From an uncultured Gemmatimonadaceae bacterium (GTDB lineage: Bacteria; Gemmatimonadota; Gemmatimonadetes; Gemmatimonadales; Gemmatimonadaceae), in the NCBI GenBank assembly GCA_963817955.1, contig CAWFQK010000002.1:800001-864000 (forward strand): DNA of 64,000 nucleotides, given 5' to 3'. Positions 53,525 through 63,025 of the stretch are shown here, one piece after another. The position numbers and the translations under genes were made by a program. Position 1 is the stretch's first letter. Each line of letters starts with the position of its first letter. The notes under the pieces are model-generated. The model was not told where the DNA came from and did no database searches. It was given only the letters and a program-made list of their open reading frames with translations.

Positions 53525-54895
53525 TCATACGGCGTCACTCAAGCTGGTGAAACTGAAGTCTCTGACTTTGATCGGCGGAACCATGATCGCCTGGCCGGGA
53601 TCGCCGCCCTCGCTCGCACTCACGCGCTCGGGGACGCCCATCGCCTCCAGGTTGTTCAGCATGAAGATCGGTGAATCGTTGAACCGAAGGTTCTTCACCG
53701 GTCTCGTGACCTTGCCGTTCTCGATCAAGAACGTTCCATCGCGTGTCAGGCCGGTGTAGAGAATCGTGCGTTGATCCACCGGCCGCAAATACCAAAAGCG
53801 TGTCACCAACAAACCACGTTGCGTCGAACGAATCAAATCATCCATCGACGCGGTGCCGCCACTCATTCGAACCGAACCACCCGCGCCGGTTGGTGTACGT
53901 CCCTGACGCTGTGCCCAATATCGGTCATAGTCCAGTGTTTTGACAACACCGTTTTCGATCCATACGACGCGTTGTGTCGGCGATCCGTCACTACTGAAGG
54001 GTGATCCGGCGACTTCCGGATCGAATGGATCGGACACGATCGTCACCCGTTCGTCCACCACTTTCTGCCCGATCTTGTTCTTTCCACCAGCGAGCGAGAA
54101 GAACGAACGGCCTTCATCCGCCGAGCGCGCGTTGAGCGCACGCGTGATGAATTGTACGAGATTTCCAACAGCCGTCGGCTCGAACACCACCGTATAACGT
54201 CCCGGTTCGATCGCGACGGGATTCACCGACGTGCGGGCCTTTTGTGTGGCGCGGCGACCAAGCACCGACGGATCGATGCGGCTCCAGTCGTAGTGCGTCG
54301 CGCCCGCCCAGCCGGAACCAGTTCCGTCGGGCGTGCGCACCGTGGTCGTCAGCACGGACGACGTCGAGCGATTGTAGGCGAACAAGTTCTTGTTGTTCGC
54401 AATCGCCTGCGCGCCGGTAATGGCTTCCATGAAGCCCGTCGACACCAGACCGGCCGCCTTCGCCGGATCGGCGATCCGCTTCACCGCGTCGGCGCGCGTC
54501 GCGGGGTCTTGTGACGCCGTGACGTCGCTCCAGTTCACGCCTGGCCGATAGGTCTGCGGATCCAACTCCGGCAGCGCTTCGGGATCTTCGGGGCTGAGCC
54601 GGGACACGCGCTCCGACATCTGCACGGCGGCGCGCAGGCCGTCGTCGTCGAGCCGGTTGGTGGATGACGAACCGCTCCGCTTTCCGAACTTGCTGATCAC
54701 CGTGACGACGGCGTCGAACGAGTCGCCACCGGTGGAGATCTGGTTCACCGCGAAGCGCGTGTTCGCAATGCTGGTGCTGTTCACCATGACGCGTGTCTCG
54801 TCGGCGGCGGCGAAGGAGAGCGCACGCTTCGCGATGACTTCGCATTCCTCGCGCGACAAATACCGCGCCGACATGGCCAGGGATCGAATCGTCAT
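53525..54895 (-). CDS. TldD/PmbA family protein (PmbA/TldE-like partner, no HExxxH)
   Basis: TRFAVNQI, IEPGRYTVVFEP, RGLLVTRFWY, TGLTRDG, PVKNLRFN; ATGA overlap with tldD. Confidence 0.9.
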   Translation of the reverse strand: MTIRSLAMSARYLSREECEVIAKRALSFAAADETRVMVNSTSIANTRFAVNQISTGGDSFDAVVTVISKFGKRSGSSSTNRLDDDGLRAAVQMSERVSRLSPEDPEALPELDPQTYRPGVNWSDVTASQDPATRADAVKRIADPAKAAGLVSTGFMEAITGAQAIANNKNLFAYNRSTSSVLTTTVRTPDGTGSGWAGATHYDWSRIDPSVLGRRATQKARTSVNPVAIEPGRYTVVFEPTAVGNLVQFITRALNARSADEGRSFFSLAGGKNKIGQKVVDERVTIVSDPFDPEVAGSPFSSDGSPTQRVVWIENGVVKTLDYDRYWAQRQGRTPTGAGGSVRMSGGTASMDDLIRSTQRGLLVTRFWYLRPVDQRTILYTGLTRDGTFLIENGKVTRPVKNLRFNDSPIFMLNNLEAMGVPERVSASEGGDPGQAIMVPPIKVRDFSFTSLSDAV

Positions 54896-56532
54896 GCCGA
54901 ACGTCCGGTGTTGATGACGTTGACGTTGCGAAAGCGCGTGACGGGCGCGCCGTGACTCACGGCGTTCACCTGAACCGGCTGTCCCTTGGCGTCGCCGAAC
55001 GCGCCGCCCAAGTGATAGCTCTTCTGCCCGCCGACCATGTCGAGGCTCGCCCAGAACTCGGGCGTCCTCATTTGGTACGCAACGTCCTTGAGCATGCCGA
55101 CGATCTTGCCGCCCTTGATCTCGTAAAAGATCTGGCCACCGAACTGAGCGTTGTAACGCTGCTGATCGATCGAGAACGAGCCATCGCCGATGATCGCGAT
55201 ACCGCGGTCGGTGGCGGCGATCAGATCGTCCCAGCCGAGATCCTTGTCGCCTGGAAGCAGCGACACGTTTGGCATGCGCTGGAACTGCACGGCGGCCCAC
55301 GTTTGCGCGTACGAACAGCCGTGCGAGCGGGTGGACGTCCCGAGTTTCTTGTAGTACCAGTCGAGCCAGGGCGCCTGCTCGCGCGTGGTGTGATAGTCGA
55401 CGAACACACCCTTCTTGATGATGTCGAAGTCTTCCGGCTTCACACCTTCGTCGTCCCATCCGCATGCCGACAGCGATCCTGCCTGCGACCGGTCGCCGCG
55501 GATGTTCATCAGCTCGGAGCCGTACTTCAGCGTGCCGAGCACCTTTTCTGGTGGTGCGACAAAGCTGGTGCCGGCGTAATTCGCCTCGTACCCCATCGCG
55601 CGATCGAGCTCGGTGGGATGCGCTACCGATTCATGGATCGTGAGCCAGAGATGCGATGGGTGCAGCACGAGATCGTAGCGTCCGACGTCCACCGACTTTG
55701 CCGAGAGCTTCTGCACCGCTTCGTCCGCCCACTTCGGTGCGTTCTCGACGAGCCCGGCACTGCGCACGTGCTCGTAGCCCAAACCGCGAGGCGCAATGTC
55801 TACCGACTGCCGCGTGGCGAAGTCACCGTTCCCGGTAGCGGTGACCGTCATCGACGGTTCGGTGCGGTAGATCGTCTGCACGGTGAGACTGCCGTCGGTG
55901 GACGCGAACGTCTTCTCCTCGCGGAGGAAGAACATGCTCGAATTCACGAAGCGCGCACCTTTCACGGCCAGCGCGGCCTGATTGGCGGCGAGGAGCAGAC
56001 CGGCCTTCTCCTCGACCGTCACCTCGAACGGGTCGATTTCGATGGGACTCTTCCACGTGCCGTTCGCGACGGCGGGCGCTGGGGCGAGCACCACGGGGCG
56101 CACCAACGCCGAACGGTTGGCGCGCGCTTGGGCAACCGACTGCTTTGCCACGCGCGACACTTCGTCGCGCGTCAGATCGCGACTCGCGGCGAAGCCCCAC
56201 GCACCGCTCACCAGCACGCGCACACCGAAGCCGTAGGTCTCGTTGTCCGAGACGCCCGACACGCGCTGCTCGCGTGTCGATACGTTCTGGGTGCGATTGC
56301 GCACGAAGCGCACGTCCGCATACTCGGCACCGGCGCTCTTGGCGGCGTCGAGCGCAATCATCGCGAGCTCTTTGACGTTGGGTTCGCCGGCGACGATTGC
56401 GCTGTACGGCGAGTACGGAGGGGAGACGGGAGCGTCGGTCGCATCGCGACCGGTAGGAGTGTGCGCTGCGATACCGGCAATCGCCGCCACAGCGGATGTC
56501 GACTTGATGAATTCTCGTCGAGATTGATCCAC
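54892..56532 (-). CDS. tldD: TldD family metalloprotease with twin-arginine signal
   Basis: SRREFIK Tat motif; YADVR, GVRVL..GAWGFA, TIHESVAHPTELD, WDDEGV, QRMPN. Confidence 0.9.
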   Translation of the reverse strand: MDQSRREFIKSTSAVAAIAGIAAHTPTGRDATDAPVSPPYSPYSAIVAGEPNVKELAMIALDAAKSAGAEYADVRFVRNRTQNVSTREQRVSGVSDNETYGFGVRVLVSGAWGFAASRDLTRDEVSRVAKQSVAQARANRSALVRPVVLAPAPAVANGTWKSPIEIDPFEVTVEEKAGLLLAANQAALAVKGARFVNSSMFFLREEKTFASTDGSLTVQTIYRTEPSMTVTATGNGDFATRQSVDIAPRGLGYEHVRSAGLVENAPKWADEAVQKLSAKSVDVGRYDLVLHPSHLWLTIHESVAHPTELDRAMGYEANYAGTSFVAPPEKVLGTLKYGSELMNIRGDRSQAGSLSACGWDDEGVKPEDFDIIKKGVFVDYHTTREQAPWLDWYYKKLGTSTRSHGCSYAQTWAAVQFQRMPNVSLLPGDKDLGWDDLIAATDRGIAIIGDGSFSIDQQRYNAQFGGQIFYEIKGGKIVGMLKDVAYQMRTPEFWASLDMVGGQKSYHLGGAFGDAKGQPVQVNAVSHGAPVTRFRNVNVINTGRSA

Positions 56533-56620
56533 GCAGTACCCTCGTAATTGCTGTGCGCGTGATTAGTGCTCTGACGCGAATATAGGATTGGCCGATTTCA
56601 CACGCAATAGCGGTTGGGAA

Positions 56621-56767
56621 CGAGACACGAGACACGAGACACGGGACACGGGACACGAGACAGACGAGATGCACGACACGAGTGCGCGGAGTGCGCGGAG
56701 TGCGCGGAGTGCGGAACGAACCACGATGCGCATCATCCCGTGTCTCGTGTCCCGTGTCTCGTGTCTC
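56621..56767. repeat. Family C heptamer palindrome enclosing a GAGTGCGCG 9-mer tandem
   Basis: (CGRGACA) x6 at 56621-56662; (GAGTGCGCG) x3-4 at 56680-56715; inverted (CYCGTGT) x4 at 56737-56767. Confidence 0.9.
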
Positions 56768-56928
56768 CTATTGCAGAAGCTGCACCACGCCGTCGTAAAT
56801 GGTCGAATAGTCGTGCGGCGTGCGCAGACTTCCGCCGATCATACTGCCGTGCGAGGTTTCGTGCGCGGCTCCGACGCATCGCTCTCGACGCGCGACCGCA
56901 CCTAACAGATTGCATGGAGCGCACGCGC

Positions 56929-57954
56929 GTGAAAGCGCTTGTCAAAGTATCTGCCGGCCCGGGCTTCGTCCTGAAGAATGTTCCCGAGCCAACAATTCTC
57001 GACAATGAAGTTTTGATCCGCGTCAAGCGCGCCGGCGTCTGCGGCACCGACGTGCACATCTACGAATGGGACGCCTGGGCGCAGGGCCGCGTGAAGCCGC
57101 CGATCACCGTCGGCCATGAGTTCGCCGGCGAGGTCGTACAGGTCGGCAAGCTCGTGACGGATGTGCGCGAAGGCGATCGGGTGACCGCCGAAGGCCATAT
57201 CGTGGATGGACGCTGTCTGCTCTGCCGCACCGGGAACTCGCACGTCTGCCCACACACCAAGATCATTGGCGTGGACCGCGACGGCTGCTTCGCCGAGTAT
57301 ATCGCGATGCCGGCGACGAACGTCTGGCACCTCGACGACAACATCTCCTTCGATATCGGCGGGATCCACGATCCAATGGGGAACGCGTTTCATACCGCGC
57401 TCACCGCGGAGATCCCCGGCGCGACGGTGCTCGTTACCGGTTGCGGACCAATCGGAATCTTCGCCATCGGCATCTGCAAGGCGGCCGGCGCATCGCGCAT
57501 CATCGCCTCCGACATCAATGACACTCGCCTCGCACTGGCCAAGCAAATGGGCGCACACGACATCGTGCACCCCAGCGAAGCCGAGGCCGTTGTGAAACGC
57601 CACACCGACGGATTGGGAGTGGATGTGGTACTCGAGATGTCAGGCGTTCCGTCCGCCGTCCATCAGGCATTCGCGCTGGTACGCGTCGGCGGCCGCGTGC
57701 AGATGCTTGGCATCCCGGCCAAGCCGATCGACGTGAACTTTGCCACCGAGATCATCTTCAAGGGCCTCACCGTGTACGGTGTCGTCGGCCGGCGCATGTA
57801 TGACACCTGGCTGCAGATGACGCGCTTTCTGCGCTCCGGCCAGTTCGATCCGACGCCGGTGATCACGCACCGTTTCCCGCTCGAGGGCGCCGACGAGGCG
57901 ATCCGCGCAATCAAGTCGGGTGAAGCGGGTAAGGTCATTTTCGAGATCGCGTAA
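56929..57954 (+). CDS. tdh: L-threonine 3-dehydrogenase
   Basis: GVCGTDVHIYEWDAWA, GHEFAGEV, AEGHIV, GCGPIG, LEMSG, GRRMYDTW; adjacent to kbl. Confidence 0.95.
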   Translation: MKALVKVSAGPGFVLKNVPEPTILDNEVLIRVKRAGVCGTDVHIYEWDAWAQGRVKPPITVGHEFAGEVVQVGKLVTDVREGDRVTAEGHIVDGRCLLCRTGNSHVCPHTKIIGVDRDGCFAEYIAMPATNVWHLDDNISFDIGGIHDPMGNAFHTALTAEIPGATVLVTGCGPIGIFAIGICKAAGASRIIASDINDTRLALAKQMGAHDIVHPSEAEAVVKRHTDGLGVDVVLEMSGVPSAVHQAFALVRVGGRVQMLGIPAKPIDVNFATEIIFKGLTVYGVVGRRMYDTWLQMTRFLRSGQFDPTPVITHRFPLEGADEAIRAIKSGEAGKVIFEIA

Positions 57955-57985
57955 TTACCTGACGATACGACATAGGACGACAACC

Positions 57986-59194
57986 GTGACACTGAATACG
58001 AACTTCACCGAGGGCCTGGAGCGTACGATCGACCAGCTCAAGGCCGACAAGGTCTACAAGCGGCTCAACTATCTGGACTCGCCGCAGTCCGCCCGGGTGC
58101 AGATGGAAGGGCGCGGCGAGGTGCTCATTCTCTCGTCGAACAATTATCTCGGTCTGTGCGACGAGCAGGCCGTGATCGACGCCGGCATAAATGGACTGAA
58201 GAAATTCGGCGCCGGCACGGGCAGCGTGCGGTTCATCTGTGGCACGTTCACCATTCACCGCGAGCTCGAGCAGGCACTCGCGCGCTTCGTCGGGACGGAG
58301 GCGTCGCTCACGTACGTGTCGGCGTGGAACGCGAACGAAGGGCTCACCGCGACGGTCGTGGAGGAGGGGGATTTCGTCATCTCCGATGCGCTCAACCACG
58401 CGTCGATCATCGACTCCATGCGGCTCGCCAAGGCGATCACGAAGTGCACCACCGGCGTGTACAAGCATGGCGACCTGGACGACTTGCGCGAGAAGCTCGT
58501 GCAAGCGAAAGGGGCGAAGCGCCGGATCATCTGGACCGACGGCATCTTCTCGATGGAAGGCGCCATCGCCAAGCTGCCCGAGATTCTGCAACTCGCGCGC
58601 GATCACGACGCCATCGTGGCGGTGGACGATTCACACGCCACCGGCGTGCTCGGCAAAATGGGACGCGGCACGGCGGAGCACTTCGGCGTGCTCGGTGAGG
58701 TGGATATCATCACCTCCACGCTCGGCAAAGCGTTGGGAGGCGCAGCGGGCGGTTTCGTCGCCGGTTCAGCGGCGCTCGCCGATTATCTCACGCAGCGTTC
58801 CCGCCCGCAGCTCTTCTCGAATGCATTGCCACCGACGGTGTCCGCGAGCGCGCTCGCCGCAGTCGAGTTCGTGGAGCACCATCCCGATCGCGTTGAAACA
58901 CTCCGTCAAAATTCGCGGTATTTTCGCGAACAGATCATCGAGGCGGGATTCAAGCCGCTACCCGGTGAGACGCCAATTATTCCGATCATCGTTGGCGAGA
59001 CGGCGGCGGCAATCCAGATGAGCGACATGCTCCTCAGCGAAGGGGTGTTCGTGACCGGGTTCGGGTTTCCGGTCGTGCCGCAGGGCCAGGCGCGCGTACG
59101 TTGTCAGATTTCCGCGTCGCATTCGCGGGACGATCTCGACCGGGCCGTTCAAGCTTTCAAGAAGGTCGGAGCTAAGCTCGGCATCGTACGGTAA
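57986..59194 (+). CDS. kbl: Glycine C-acetyltransferase (2-amino-3-ketobutyrate CoA ligase)
   Basis: SNNYLGL, SVRFICGT, SDALNHASIID, DDSHATG, STLGKALGGA, ARVRCQISA. Confidence 0.95.
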   Translation: MTLNTNFTEGLERTIDQLKADKVYKRLNYLDSPQSARVQMEGRGEVLILSSNNYLGLCDEQAVIDAGINGLKKFGAGTGSVRFICGTFTIHRELEQALARFVGTEASLTYVSAWNANEGLTATVVEEGDFVISDALNHASIIDSMRLAKAITKCTTGVYKHGDLDDLREKLVQAKGAKRRIIWTDGIFSMEGAIAKLPEILQLARDHDAIVAVDDSHATGVLGKMGRGTAEHFGVLGEVDIITSTLGKALGGAAGGFVAGSAALADYLTQRSRPQLFSNALPPTVSASALAAVEFVEHHPDRVETLRQNSRYFREQIIEAGFKPLPGETPIIPIIVGETAAAIQMSDMLLSEGVFVTGFGFPVVPQGQARVRCQISASHSRDDLDRAVQAFKKVGAKLGIVR

Positions 59195-59451
59195 TGATCA
59201 GCCGTTTGTAGCTGGCGACGTCGTCACCGCCGAGTTGCGTGACGACGGCGCCACAACGGCACCCTGCGAGCATCCAGGGCACCGGCAAGATCGATGACAT
59301 ACTGGACAATGTGAGCGTCGTCACGTTGGCCGACCAGTTCGACGTCCCTCGCAGTGTTTCTTGCACTAGCGAGCGTGACTGTTTGAGCGGGTCTGTCGTC
59401 CGACTGGAGTAGCCGGACGCACGGCTTGCCATTTCTTAGCCGAGGTTTCGT

Positions 59452-60117
59452 ATGCGAACGATCCGTGCCTTGGCGACTGCCGTTGCAGTCGCCGCGGCGC
59501 TACCGACCATGGCCGCCGCCCAGCACGGCCGTCAATTCACGGACGCGTGGTTCTGGGGAGTCAAAGCCGGCGGGCTCACGCTCGCCGACAGCGGCCAAGC
59601 TTACCGGCAGGCGCCGATGGCGGGCATCGACTGGCTCATCACTCGGACACATGGCGGTCTGTACGTGTCGGCCGCCCAGAGCTTCTTCACGCAACAGGTC
59701 CTCACGTTGCGCGATCCGAGCGCACCCGTTGACAGCGGTTTTCGCGTAATCGATGTGAAGAATCTGCGAAGGATAGACATGGCGATCGTCGGATTTCCCG
59801 GCGAGCATGTACGCTTCCATCCGTACTTCGGCGCCGGGTTCTCGTTGAACCAGATCGCCGATGCACAAGCGCGGGGACCGTTCGGCAACACGAACCAGGC
59901 TACATTCGCCGATCAGGTCATCCAGGATGAAAGAGTGAGCTTCTCACCCATGGTCATGGCCGGCGGACAGTACCGATTCCAGAACTTCTCGATGTTTGGA
60001 CAGATGACCGTCAGCCCAACGGAGAAGAATTTCCTGCTCTACAACGGGCGACCGTTGAATATCGGGTACGAGCTTGGACTGCGGTACAACATGGGGACGT
60101 CGATCAGCCGGGAGTAA
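59452..60117 (+). CDS. Hypothetical exported outer-membrane beta-barrel-like protein
   Basis: RBS GAGG, signal peptide, WFWGVKAG, HPYFGAG, YELGLRY. Confidence 0.7.
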   Translation: MRTIRALATAVAVAAALPTMAAAQHGRQFTDAWFWGVKAGGLTLADSGQAYRQAPMAGIDWLITRTHGGLYVSAAQSFFTQQVLTLRDPSAPVDSGFRVIDVKNLRRIDMAIVGFPGEHVRFHPYFGAGFSLNQIADAQARGPFGNTNQATFADQVIQDERVSFSPMVMAGGQYRFQNFSMFGQMTVSPTEKNFLLYNGRPLNIGYELGLRYNMGTSISRE

Positions 60118-60120
60118 GTG

Positions 60121-60148
60121 TTTGGGACACGGGACCCGTGTCCCAAAA
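60121..60148. terminator. Minimal family C palindrome acting as a likely bidirectional terminator
   Basis: tttgggacacggg-a-cccgtgtcccaaa between convergent stop codons. Confidence 0.7.
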
Positions 60149-60150
60149 AC

Positions 60151-60807
60151 TCATTCCCCGAGAACGCTCCGCACAAAGGCGCGCGGAGTCTTTGACACGT
60201 ACGGGTTGTCGCTGATGAACCAGCGCAGGGGCCAGTCAGCGGACCGGGTGATGCCAATGCGGGGCGTCACGGTCACGGCGCGGTCGGGGACGACCTCGCC
60301 ACAGCGGATGAGGAGCGGCGGCCGCTGCAGCGACTTGCAATTGTGCCGGCCATCGATACCGAGCGCGAGACAGAGCTTTCCGGGACCGTTGGTGAGATCC
60401 ACGTCGCGGCGAACCTTGGGACGGCGACTGCGCATCAGCTCGATACCGGTCAGCGGCTCCACCGCACGCACGAGTACGGCCCCGGGCTCATCCTTGCGCC
60501 GCGTGACTGCATTGAAGCACCAGTACATGCCGTAGATGAAATACACGTACGCATTGCCTGGCGGCCCGTAGAGGGGCGCTGTGCGCGCCGTACGGCCCGC
60601 CGTCGCGTGGCAGGCAAGATCGTGCTCTCCGATGTACGCCTCAGTCTCGACAATCCGCGCCGTGGCGACTCCTTGGCGCGTGCGACACTCGAGAATTGCG
60701 CCGAGCAGATCCCGGGCGACCAATTCGGTGTCGCGATCGTAGAAACTTCGGTCCAGCGGCGGCGCAAAACGAGAACGCCGCGCTTTCGGCGCGGCGTCCC
60801 TGCTCAT
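60151..60807 (-). CDS. DNA-3-methyladenine glycosylase (MPG/AAG family)
   Basis: VARDLLG, RIVETEAY, AYVYFIYGMYWCFN, AVLVRAVEP, NGPGKLC, TPRIGI. Confidence 0.95.
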   Translation of the reverse strand: MSRDAAPKARRSRFAPPLDRSFYDRDTELVARDLLGAILECRTRQGVATARIVETEAYIGEHDLACHATAGRTARTAPLYGPPGNAYVYFIYGMYWCFNAVTRRKDEPGAVLVRAVEPLTGIELMRSRRPKVRRDVDLTNGPGKLCLALGIDGRHNCKSLQRPPLLIRCGEVVPDRAVTVTPRIGITRSADWPLRWFISDNPYVSKTPRAFVRSVLGE

Positions 60808-62642
60808 GCTTCCTTGACGCCCGCGCTCTTCTTGGCGCGTGGACTGCCACCGGCTTTCTTCGCCGGAGAGCGACCACGTTTGGCCTTCGCAATGGGCTCT
60901 GCAACTGGTGGTGCCACTGCTGGCGGTGCCGCAGCAGCCTTCTTGGCACCACCGCGACCACGACTTCCACGCGAGGTCTTTGCGCGTGCCAACGGCGGCG
61001 CACCATTGCCGTTGGGGGACACCACGGCTTCATGAATCGGTTCCACTTCACGCGCGGGTGCAACGGGCGCAACTGGTGCAACGGGCGCAACTGGCGCCAT
61101 ATGTTCGACGACGCCGATCGACAGCAAATCCGGCGGCGGAGCGCCGGGCCGACCGCGCGAGCCCATACGTGAGACGCCGCCGCGCGGCCCCATTCCAATG
61201 CGCGGAGCAGGCGTCGCGCTCACCGGCGGCGCACTCGCAGCGGCAATCGCCGCCTCCTTGCCAGCGAGTTGCTCGGAGACCGGCGCCGCCTCGGCAGCGC
61301 GCGCAACTTCGAAATCGTTGCCACGTCGGCGGAGATCGACGATGCCTTCGTCGTGCGCATCCTTGAGTATGCGCACGAACATTCGGTCGCTGAGGCTCTC
61401 GGAATCGCGACCGAGAAGCTCACGCGCATGCCGGCGAACCTCACTCGCGCGAATCGTTGCGTCGCCCGATACGAGATCGTTCACGGTGCGACGCACCAAG
61501 TCGAACGCTTCGCCGCGCGTGAGGCGCTCACCGCCGATGCCGATGGTGTCGGCGACGGGACGCGATTCGTGGGTGAGCTCGAGTTGCGCGGGCCGTTCGG
61601 TTTCGCGCGGCCGTTGAACAATGGGCTCGGCTGCAACCTCGACTGGCACAGTGGCCGCGGGAGCGGCAGCGACCGCGGCGACTGCGACCTCACCTGGTTC
61701 ACTTGGCTCGCGTGCCTCGCGCGGTTCGCGCGGTTCGCGCGGCTCACGCTCTTCCCGATCGCGGCCACGGCCGCCGCGGCCACGCCGCCCGCGACGCGGT
61801 CCGCGATCTTCACCGGGCATCGTCGTTTCAGCCGCGACTCCGGCCGGCGCGGGAATGGCCGCTTCCGTCCCCGGTTCGCCGGCTGTCGTACCAATTGGCA
61901 GATCTACTTCGAGCTGGCCATTGTCGAGCTTGGTGACCGACAACAGGCCGCGCTGGGCGGCTTCCTGGCAGAAGCGCGAGAACTTGGAGATACCAAGATT
62001 CTTCTCGTCGAACGTGCTATCGATCTCCTGCATCACCTGCTTGAGGCGATCGGAGCGCATGACGTCGTTATTGCGCTTCATGCGCTGCACGGATTCCGTG
62101 ACGAGTTCCCACGGATCGTACTTCCGAGCGGGTTCGTCCTCGGAGGCCTTCACCAGGCCAGCGAGCGCGTTGTAGCTGTAATACTCGTCGCAGTTCTGAA
62201 CGAGCAGATCACTCGTCGACTCGCGGATGCCGACGCCGATCACGTATTTGCCGTACTCCTTGAGCTTGATCACGAGGCTCGAGAAGTCGGAGTCGCCGGA
62301 GAGGAGGATGTACGTGCCGATCTCGGGGCGTGTGAATACGAGTTCGAGGGCGTCGATGGCGAGTCGGATGTCCGTGGCGTTCTTCTTCGACGACCCGTAG
62401 GCGGGAGCGAAGATGAGGTCAATGGAGGCTTCGGACAGCGGCACGATGTATTGCGGGTACCGTCGCCAGTCGGCATAGGCCCGCTGGACGGCCACTTTGC
62501 CCTTGATGATCTCGGAGGAGAGGAGGCTCCGGAGCTCCTTTTTGAGATCGGAGCGAATGCCCATCGTGACGTTGTCGAAGTCGATGAGCAGAGCGGCGTT
62601 GGGCGCGTGGATCGGCGCGAGGGCGTGGGGAGCTGCCGTCAT
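60804..62642 (-). CDS. NYN (LabA/DUF88) domain protein with OST-HTH/LOTUS domain and long disordered regions
   Basis: ALLIDFDN, RAYADW, KNATDIRLAID, SGDSDFS, GKYVIGVG, STFDEKNLGISKFSRF. Confidence 0.9.
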   Translation of the reverse strand: MTAAPHALAPIHAPNAALLIDFDNVTMGIRSDLKKELRSLLSSEIIKGKVAVQRAYADWRRYPQYIVPLSEASIDLIFAPAYGSSKKNATDIRLAIDALELVFTRPEIGTYILLSGDSDFSSLVIKLKEYGKYVIGVGIRESTSDLLVQNCDEYYSYNALAGLVKASEDEPARKYDPWELVTESVQRMKRNNDVMRSDRLKQVMQEIDSTFDEKNLGISKFSRFCQEAAQRGLLSVTKLDNGQLEVDLPIGTTAGEPGTEAAIPAPAGVAAETTMPGEDRGPRRGRRGRGGRGRDREEREPREPREPREAREPSEPGEVAVAAVAAAPAATVPVEVAAEPIVQRPRETERPAQLELTHESRPVADTIGIGGERLTRGEAFDLVRRTVNDLVSGDATIRASEVRRHARELLGRDSESLSDRMFVRILKDAHDEGIVDLRRRGNDFEVARAAEAAPVSEQLAGKEAAIAAASAPPVSATPAPRIGMGPRGGVSRMGSRGRPGAPPPDLLSIGVVEHMAPVAPVAPVAPVAPAREVEPIHEAVVSPNGNGAPPLARAKTSRGSRGRGGAKKAAAAPPAVAPPVAEPIAKAKRGRSPAKKAGGSPRAKKSAGVKEA

Positions 62643-63025
62643 GGCCTGGGGACCGCGATGAATGAGCGCAGTCGCGGAGCGTGCGGGAGAACGAGGATAT
62701 CGTGAATTCATTCAGAGCTCAGCGGATCATAGATCCGTAATAGGCGGGTTGGGCGACGAGGCGCCCCAGACCGCTCGGCCACTGGGCCGGACCAACGTTG
62801 ACACCGTTGCGTCGCACGCGACCACCGGCTGTTCCACGCGATGCGCGTGGATAGCACCGATCTCGCAAGCGACGACGGAGATGGAATTTAGACCGGTGGC
62901 TCACGTAAAGCCATGCTATGCCCAAAACACCAATCGCCCAGCGCCTTTGAGGGTGGTTCGCGCTCTCGACACTCTGTATGTTTGACCGCGAAACCGCTGT
63001 CACGCGCCTCTCGTATGGAGCACTT

